Assembly: GCA_045537575.1 (NCBI GenBank)
Contig: JAZSPU010000006.1
Span: 10,814-74,813 of the forward strand
Direction of reading: 5' to 3'
From: Acutalibacteraceae bacterium
GTDB taxonomy: Bacteria; Bacillota; Clostridia; Oscillospirales; Acutalibacteraceae
Length of the DNA: 64,000 nucleotides
Under the pieces are notes generated by a model, which saw only the letters and a list, made by a program, of their open reading frames with translations, did no database searches and was not told where the DNA came from. Every line of letters begins with the position of its first letter. Within the stretch, counting starts at the first letter, position 1. Shown one piece after another: positions 57,901-62,879 of this stretch. The translations under genes were made by a program, and so were the position numbers.

Positions 57901-58300
57901 CATCCATACTGCCCGAAAGATCGAGAACAAGTATAGTATCGGTAGGCAAGGTAGAATAACCCTCAATACTCTTGGTAGATGCAATTGCCGAAAGGGACAC
58001 AAGGAAATTATCGTCATCAATAGAGAGTCCGAAATTTTGTCCCTCTGTTTCATCGGTAGCATTAATATAGTCCTCTACAGTTTTAAACACGGACTTATCA
58101 GACCATACACCGCCTACCCAAGTAGTATCAGCGGCATTCGGTCCGAAGAATGCTTTCCAGTCATTAACTGTGGCAGGATCTGTAACCTTTGTAAAGTCAG
58201 CAGCAGCGCCTACGTTTATAACAAACATAGGAATCATACTGAAAATCATTACTGCGGCAAGTAATACCGACAACAGTTTTTTGAAGTTAACTTTTTTCAT
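51983..58300 (-). CDS. giant cell-wall-anchored adhesin: signal peptide, VWA domain, Cna-B-like spacers, 7 pilin-type isopeptide domains, PPATG sorting signal
   Basis: MIDAS motif DLSGS (codons at about 57908-57922). Seven repeats of K..(L)xG / YxYxxxE / YD(T)xxY / FxNTY. C-terminus PPATGD, hydrophobic stretch, RKKSNKAE. ATG 58300 sits 6 nt behind GAAGGA. Confidence 0.85.
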   Translation of the reverse strand: MKKVNFKKLLSVLLAAVMIFSMIPMFVINVGAAADFTKVTDPATVNDWKAFFGPNAADTTWVGGVWSDKSVFKTVEDYINATDETEGQNFGLSIDDDNFLVSLSAIASTKSIEGYSTLPTDTILVLDLSGSMDVSYGTDPYVTMVDSANSAIETLLSLNANNRVGVIAFNGNSQLADSSTNTATVILPLGRWNKGIADDNSRVYLVSSWRQNYSARDGVKVAAGVTGTEAVGVGSLDSNSSLRVQGGTYTQNGIYKAQQMFDQVEDTIVADGVQAGTKRMPVMVLMSDGCPTAATTDYTNIGTSNCGDGGSSYQSNGISFLTQLTASWAKDKIEKKYDNEALFYTLGLSVDGLAPALSLLDPSNNTSTDNYWNTFKDLANKQNKTMNVPITTSNTQNKSVTYTAPVNAEKGWSEDYVTKYFPASSSSQLTQAFNSIVEQIVIQSLYYPTLVDGNVGIEHDGFLEFEDYIGKNMEVKAVKGIQLGSTLYDGSTLARMLYSGGMGTEQNPTEAGDNMVWAVMQRMGIENAAVARQLINSAYQTGQLYYNAETGEYSNYIGWYADEDGKYVGFWDGKDDSPEAVPANLKDRAVFANKSYGYYDAVGEGYRKTDMMYATILVRTTLKEHDADASEVGDIRLIGRLPAALIPLVEYDIQLNGTDPQNPASMTIKGATAPSRLLYEVGLHSDIDLLDIEGTAPDELEKDENGDYIFYTNQWHNIDDYSYYTNKNTTSWFEPSVENERYYYNVDSEIFTDRNGTLYKGTSAPTYNASAPLYHRSLVYKGSGNNVRAEWYYEEVSEYVLADVSDLARRDDNTWYVKAGTIHHYFGDYSREKDENVTDTINYSDMPFVHEPEVGVTKNNYHVDSYLGNNGKLTLDAYEGIKISKISDATIADKSLNFEFNVTADVNSELTLIKEDAFGARTESTINFNGTYTVLLKHGETFWLLGEELAGKTVTVRELTEGKEYEVLSVNGDTTLNQAVINVAEDTISSAEFINTIPQEGDVVIAKTVVSSIEGHFDDDFSFEIALEGAQEGKAYNLMFSDGTTDTITAAGKVITLSHSESVVIRKLEENVVVTVKEINLPQGFTVDNAEQSVTVEAGELHYISFTNTYSATSTDEADIDITINKNLLDNSGAPADWNGTFTFKVQQFDGSKYVDIKEVEIDYSKGGANSVSVDVLKDEVYDSVGNYYYRIVEVVDEANVKSGIVYDTTYARFVVRVADDGKGKLYVSEVVNVSETAISGKDVIAEFDNTYKVDGAAEVIIDINKTVKNVYNQTANILPAGYSFSLYPANDEFNVTGDAIKVSPETAAAGTARISLLYDDIAQVGTHYYVLKENVGNIHGVDYTDKEYHVTVVLDDNNGYFNISVTLMDENDTVIKVASATASEGNVVAVAEIDGADFENTFTPDKVILAPNLIASKSLLGRDISDGDNFRFGIYNADSSFNAGDLFKEATSDTSGFVSFGEISYDKEGTYYYVVKEIIPDEATDNKYNGVTYDTKEYHITVKVTGDATTGKLSCGYDITLNGQNVNVMTFNNTYETEPTGVTINGTKTLLGGIRKLQARAFAFELIENGTVIDTVYNGVPTDDYNAAFSFNLNYTEVGVHNYTVRERLPRNIDADGKYGGVTYDRTEYSVVVTVTDNGTGTLVAEVDTDDKAIAFSNTYSVEPVSETILITKLLYGDSIAKYVGEKAFEFELYSATLTNGEVTPVSLIKTVSNDAEGNVNFGAITYDTIGGYRYIIKEVVPEEKDELMIYDAAYYIVEIDVTDNLSGQLVTDKEITKVLNGETTEQTDVIFNNEIKPEKQSASITGEKQYNKTLNDGMFTFELYQALKGADGKINAVGEAVLTASNVGKNFEFKDIDITDDEGNVVKTSYLTYTQAGEYYYVVKEVLPEGAEDGKKDGIKYDTKEHVVTVKVTEAMDSTGRTVLNIQVESENDGIIVVNEYSAADATYTLEATKVLEGRELKDKEFEFALYDKDGAELDLQTNDEEGKITFKTLTFKEAGTYNYTVKEKIGEAESGMVYDTREYSVIITVADDNKGSLVATAQFKVGDEAQRSVKFVNTYEKPVDPPATGDANHIAILLVIASVLALGIIALLVYRKKSNKAE

Positions 58301-58374
58301 TTTCATTCCTTCTTTCAAAAATAGACATTAACTTCGTTGCTAGGGGCACTACCCCAAGCTATACTTACGATTTT

Positions 58375-58403
58375 ATTATAGCATTTATATCTAATTTATG
58401 CAA
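58375..58403 (-). promoter_or_regulatory. sigma-A-type promoter for the giant adhesin gene
   Basis: Minus strand: TTGCAT (58403-58398), 17-nt spacer, TATAAT (58380-58375). Confidence 0.65.
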
Positions 58404-58494
58404 GATTTTTTCTATTATGTCACTATAATTTCGCCTATACTAAATAGCAGAAACTGAAGGCAAAAACAAAACTATATATAGTGCTATTTAACTC

Positions 58495-58523
58495 TTGATA
58501 AAAGAGGAAAAAGGTAGTAAAAT
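58495..58523 (+). promoter_or_regulatory. sigma-A-type promoter for ruvX
   Basis: TTGATA (58495-58500), 17-nt spacer, TAAAAT (58518-58523). Confidence 0.6.
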
Positions 58524-58550
58524 ATAAAAAAAGACCGAAAGAGGCATTTT

Positions 58551-58973
58551 ATGATAATAATGAGCGTTGACAGAGGTAAAGCACGTACAGGAATTGCCTA
58601 CAGCGATAAAAGTGAAAGCTTTGCATTTCCACACACTGTAATAACCGAGTATAACAGCGAAAAACTCCTTGATAAAATAAAAGAAGCCGCCCTTACTTTA
58701 AAGGCGGAAGAAATTGTTGTAGGGCTTCCCCGAAGAACCGATGGCAGTTTGGGTGACAGCGCACAGGAGTGTCAGGCTCTTGCCGAACAGCTAAGGGAAA
58801 TTCTTTCTGTTCCCGTACATCTTTATGACGAAAGATTCACAACCGTTTCAGCGCACACAGCCCTTAACTACACCGACACCCGCGGCAAAAAGCGTAAAGA
58901 AATAATTGACGCCGTCGCCGCCACTATGATTTTAGAAGATTATTTAAGATTTAAAAAAAATAACAAGGACTAG
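58551..58973 (+). CDS. ruvX: Holliday junction resolvase-like protein RuvX (YqgF)
   Basis: 140 aa. ..IMSVDRGKARTGIAYSD.. start, ..VVGLPRRTDGS.. and ..DERFTTV.. blocks typical of YqgF. Confidence 0.88.
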   Translation: MIIMSVDRGKARTGIAYSDKSESFAFPHTVITEYNSEKLLDKIKEAALTLKAEEIVVGLPRRTDGSLGDSAQECQALAEQLREILSVPVHLYDERFTTVSAHTALNYTDTRGKKRKEIIDAVAATMILEDYLRFKKNNKD

Positions 58974-59002
58974 CTTCTATAAATCAACTCAAAAAAGCAA
59001 CA

Positions 59003-59050
59003 AAAACCACCCCTAAGTAAATCTAACATCATTAGGGGTGGTTAATTTTA
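59003..59050. terminator. bidirectional intrinsic terminator
   Basis: 12-bp stem AACCACCCCTAA/TTAGGGGTGGTT with a 15-nt loop. T-rich on both strands' 3' sides. Confidence 0.75.
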
Positions 59051-59236
59051 CATTTCGTTGTCGAAGGGGTTTATGTTGCAGTAAACCTCTAACATACAGT
59101 TACTGCAAACCTCACCGACGCCTATTATATAGTTTGTGCGCTTATTTACGGGCAGGTCAACAGGGGGTAGCTGTGACCTTTCCGCATACTACGCATTTTT
59201 CAAAATTTTTCTCTGTTTTCATCCTTTTAACCCATT

Positions 59237-60658
59237 TTACGCTTTTCTTTCACGTCTGTCGGTAAGCAATATAACAATACACGACGTACCGCTCAAGACT
59301 GCAAGTATCATCCAGAAATAAACGCTCTTGTCCATACCTGTATCGGGGACAACAGGTTTATCCATATCGCATACGTTTGTAAATTCCGCATTAACCTCTT
59401 CTACCTTGCCTGCATCAACAAAGTATTCTGCCGCAATTTCATAATCCTCGGATAAATAGGGCTTAATTTCCACCGTATAAACTCTGGTGTCATAGGTTAC
59501 GCCCTTTTCCTCACCCTTCTTTTCGTAAAGCTTATAGGTAAGGGTTTTTTCAATATCCTCGTTTGTAAGATTAATCTCTATTTTACCGTCGCCGTTAGCA
59601 TCGGTTTTTACGGTATATTCTTCGGCAGTTTCGGTATTTACAAGCACAAATTCAAAGCCTTCGGGGCTACGTTTATAGCTTCCCTTATTGCTTACGCGCT
59701 TTGTTACAGAAATATAAACCGATTTGTCCTTTGGAACCGGAGGTTTAAAGGTATTGTTGAATACAACGTTAATAGCAAAGCCTGAATCATAACGGGTTGA
59801 GGTTGTGTGTTCGCCGTTTTTCACATCGGAAATTTCAAGCTTCCCATCCATATCCTTATCTGTAACAAAAAGAGAAAAGGCATTTATTGTGTCATCATAA
59901 ACCATTCCCTTAAGCTCGCCCTTTTCCTCACTCATACGAAATTCATATTCGCCTACTGTGTTAAAGGAAAGCTTAGAAATAGCCTTTGTAAAATCAAATT
60001 CGGGTTTAAAGTTTTCTTCGCTGTAGGTTATAGTCTGTTTATCAAGCTTCACCCATTGGCCGTTAAATTTGTATTCCAACAAGAAGGAGAATGAATCGTT
60101 TTCCTTCCAATCTCTGCCTTCAAGCACCTTTTTACCTTTTAAGGTTATATTTTTGCAATCGGCAGCCTTAGGAGTATAGGTGTTTACAAATTCAGCCTCA
60201 GCAAAGCTTACCTCGGGAACAAGAACAGTTTTCTTGTTTTCGTCCTTTTTGGCAAAGCCTTCTAAAGTAAAATCATTTTCCGAAACCGTAACGCTTGTAC
60301 CTACGTCAATTCCCTCTACAGTAAAGGGAACGTCGGGCTGTACCTTTACCGTAAGGTCGCCGTTTGCATCGGTTTTCATATTTCCCTGCACAGTTTTAAG
60401 GGTGGTTTCGGCATAGAATTTACCAAAAGAAAGGGTAAAATCAAAGGCAATATTTTCGGGGATAGCGTAATCCTTACCAAGAGGATGCTCTACCCTTTTT
60501 ATAACCGAAATTCCGTTTTTTAATTTTTCTTCCGGTTTAAAAATATTGGTAATAGTATCGGTTTTTGAAGTTACAAAACAAAGAGTGGTATTGACAGACG
60601 ATATCAAAAGTGTTATTGCCGAAAGAATAAGCAATATACATTTTATAAATTTTTTCAT
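59237..60658 (-). CDS. pilin-like surface protein: TasA/SipW-type signal region, Cna-B-like domain, 2 isopeptide-type domains, VPDTG sorting signal
   Basis: N-terminus ..LLISSVNTTLCFVTSKTDTITNIFK... Domain signatures YEFRMSE..VYDDT and YKLYEKK..VTYDTRVY. C-terminus VPDTG, hydrophobic stretch, DRRERKA. AAGGAGG RBS. Confidence 0.75.
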   Translation of the reverse strand: MKKFIKCILLILSAITLLISSVNTTLCFVTSKTDTITNIFKPEEKLKNGISVIKRVEHPLGKDYAIPENIAFDFTLSFGKFYAETTLKTVQGNMKTDANGDLTVKVQPDVPFTVEGIDVGTSVTVSENDFTLEGFAKKDENKKTVLVPEVSFAEAEFVNTYTPKAADCKNITLKGKKVLEGRDWKENDSFSFLLEYKFNGQWVKLDKQTITYSEENFKPEFDFTKAISKLSFNTVGEYEFRMSEEKGELKGMVYDDTINAFSLFVTDKDMDGKLEISDVKNGEHTTSTRYDSGFAINVVFNNTFKPPVPKDKSVYISVTKRVSNKGSYKRSPEGFEFVLVNTETAEEYTVKTDANGDGKIEINLTNEDIEKTLTYKLYEKKGEEKGVTYDTRVYTVEIKPYLSEDYEIAAEYFVDAGKVEEVNAEFTNVCDMDKPVVPDTGMDKSVYFWMILAVLSGTSCIVILLTDRRERKA

Positions 60659-60673
60659 ACTGACAATACCTCC

Positions 60674-60877
60674 TTATTTGTATTTTACGAAAGGCAGAAA
60701 AGACCAAAGAAGCCTTCTTCTGTACTTTTTATAGTATTTTCTTTCCTTTCCTTGAGTTCGCTCTATTTCTGAATTAAGATATTTCAGTTCGCTTTTTATC
60801 TCTGCTGAAAATACTGTTAATCTGACCGCCAAAATCAAAACGAGTAATACTATACTCACAATTATTGGCAGTTGCAT
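60674..60877 (-). CDS. hypothetical 67-aa single-pass membrane protein
   Basis: It fills the gap between flanking genes exactly. TM segment PIIVSIVLLVLILAVRLTVF plus a very basic tail. Only a weak RBS, and about 28 % GC in a hand-counted line. Confidence 0.4.
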   Translation of the reverse strand: MQLPIIVSIVLLVLILAVRLTVFSAEIKSELKYLNSEIERTQGKERKYYKKYRRRLLWSFLPFVKYK

Positions 60878-60885
60878 ATTTCTTA

Positions 60886-62700
60886 TTAGTAAATTACGGT
60901 TACTCCGTCATAGGTCTTGAGACCGGAAACACCCTGTCCACCGCCAAACAACTGATCGAACACGATAAGTACATTATGCGACTCGTCAGCATCGTGGTTG
61001 CAGGTGGAGAGATCAATGCCGTCCGTGCCGGTACCTGCTTCAACACGAGCGTACTTATATTCGCCGGGGCCATTATAGCTGCCGGCACCAAGGCTCTCAA
61101 ATTCACAATAATGGTAGTTTACCCAATCACCATAGATAACCTTTACGTTTTCACAAGTAACGTATCCGGAGGGATCAGCAACTCCATTCACACCATCAAC
61201 ATGACCGATCAGCATACCGCTGTAGCGGTAGAGCCAATACTGGTAGTTCGCTGCAACGTCATTGATTGCATCAAGCTGGCAAGCAACAGTAATGTCCTTG
61301 AAAGTTACGTTGTTTCCGGCTTGAACCATACCTACCACACCGCCAAGACGGACATCGTGGGTGCCCCAAAGGGGTCCGATAACGGTATCTTCATCAACCG
61401 TAATATTGGTGAAAGAGCAATCACCATAGCATTCAGCTGCTACACCACCTGCAGAGTTGTTATACGCGATCAAAGTGGTATTGGAAATTGTGATATCAGA
61501 GAATGTAGTATTAACTGCATTACCGACAACGCCCGCCGCTTCATTTCTGCCGCTGGAAATGTATGCATCAGCAATTGTTACATTCTTAATGGTAGCACCA
61601 TTGGTATAAGCGAAAAGACCGTAATATTCACCTTCATACTGCCATGCAGAAAGGTCGCTCTGTTCGTACATATTTGAAATTGTGTGTCCCTGACCGTCAA
61701 AAGTGCCGTTAAAAGACTTGCCGTTGCTGGAATGACCAATGGGGTTAAAAGGCAATCCGGCAAGGTCTAAATCTTTGCCAAGTTTTACAGTCTTGCCTGC
61801 AAAATTGTTACCACCATCAACAAGTTCTGAAAGACCGGCGAGCTGCTCTGCAGTGGTAATTTCATATTCAGTTAAGGGATTAGCAGGGTCATACCAAGTG
61901 GTATCTGCAGTGCCGTCCCAAGTGTCGGCAGAATGCTCTGCGATCACACCGCCGAACCACTCAGCAGCCTTTTCAGAGGACTTACCAAAAGCGGTATCGA
62001 GAGCAGTCTTTGCATCAGCAAAACCGGCAGCCTGAACAGCCTGAGAGAATACGAGAATATCGTATGTACCGTTTTCGTTACCGTCAACCTTTGTTACTTC
62101 TTCGTTATCACAGTTTTTGTTCATATATACCTGTAAAAGAGAAGGAATGGTAGTGGTTTTGGGAGCAACAGCAGCGCTGTGAACAGCTTCCCATACCATA
62201 TAGTTTTCGCCGTCGATTACTGCTACGAAGGGTGTGCCCCAGTTCCAAGCTCCGTCAAAGTCGAACTCTGCGCCATTTTCAGCATTGGTGGAAACACCGA
62301 TAACGTTATATCTGAATGCATCAATTGTAGCATAGTCGCCCATTTCGAAAGCGAATACGGTACGAACGTAAGCATCGCTTTTGCCTGTATTTTTAACAGA
62401 AACGTACTTATCTACTACGTTATTCATAGTAAAGCTTCTGTATGCGCCGTCAGCTTCAGTTGTGTTTTTCCAACCGAGTGTGCCAACGTAAGGATAAAGT
62501 GGTTTATCTTGTACGAAATCAACAAGATTACCATTCTCGTCATACTGTTGCTCGATTTGCTCAATCTTTACGTTGCCCATCGTCATGACGTTTACGTCGC
62601 TATCATCAGAAGTTAAATAGGCAATAGTGCCGCCGATAGCAAGTGCGGCAACTAAAGCATAAGCGGTACACATTAAGAGTACCTTTTTGAGTTTTGACAT
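60886..62700 (-). CDS. secreted protein: SipW-type signal peptide + TasA/camelysin-like domain fused to GLUG-like beta-helix domain
   Basis: N-terminus ..LAIGGTIAYLTSDDSDVNVMTMGNVKIE.. (compare CalY/TasA GGGTFAYFSD). ..YVSVKNTGKSDAYVRTVFAFE.. Then ..FNGTFDGQGHTISNM..YYGLFAY..IKNVTI.. repeats. AAGGAGG RBS before ATG 62700. Confidence 0.7.
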   Translation of the reverse strand: MSKLKKVLLMCTAYALVAALAIGGTIAYLTSDDSDVNVMTMGNVKIEQIEQQYDENGNLVDFVQDKPLYPYVGTLGWKNTTEADGAYRSFTMNNVVDKYVSVKNTGKSDAYVRTVFAFEMGDYATIDAFRYNVIGVSTNAENGAEFDFDGAWNWGTPFVAVIDGENYMVWEAVHSAAVAPKTTTIPSLLQVYMNKNCDNEEVTKVDGNENGTYDILVFSQAVQAAGFADAKTALDTAFGKSSEKAAEWFGGVIAEHSADTWDGTADTTWYDPANPLTEYEITTAEQLAGLSELVDGGNNFAGKTVKLGKDLDLAGLPFNPIGHSSNGKSFNGTFDGQGHTISNMYEQSDLSAWQYEGEYYGLFAYTNGATIKNVTIADAYISSGRNEAAGVVGNAVNTTFSDITISNTTLIAYNNSAGGVAAECYGDCSFTNITVDEDTVIGPLWGTHDVRLGGVVGMVQAGNNVTFKDITVACQLDAINDVAANYQYWLYRYSGMLIGHVDGVNGVADPSGYVTCENVKVIYGDWVNYHYCEFESLGAGSYNGPGEYKYARVEAGTGTDGIDLSTCNHDADESHNVLIVFDQLFGGGQGVSGLKTYDGVTVIY

Positions 62701-62879
62701 ATATGTATGCCTCCTTTTGATATTTGCCTGCATTCAAGACTTAACTTTTCTTCGATCCTGCAGGTCTTATATCGAAGAAAGCTTTATGCCTTTCGGCAAT
62801 CAAAACACACAAACTATCGCTTATGTGCTTTGATTGCCGCCTATCCCTCACGGGGAGGGATAGGACGGACTTTTTTTAT

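Noticed and set aside
59075-59110. The 36-nt sequence GTTGCAGTAAACCTCTAACATACAGTTACTGCAAAC looks like a CRISPR repeat (palindromic ends, typical length).
   Set aside because: There is only one copy, no spacer-repeat periodicity and no cas genes in the window. It is treated instead as part of a hairpin in a 3' UTR.
59139-59189. 16-codon minus-strand mini-ORF (MRSMRKGHSYPLLTCP) downstream of the pilin-like gene.
   Set aside because: It has no RBS, it is very short and it lies within predicted RNA structure. There is nothing to support translation.
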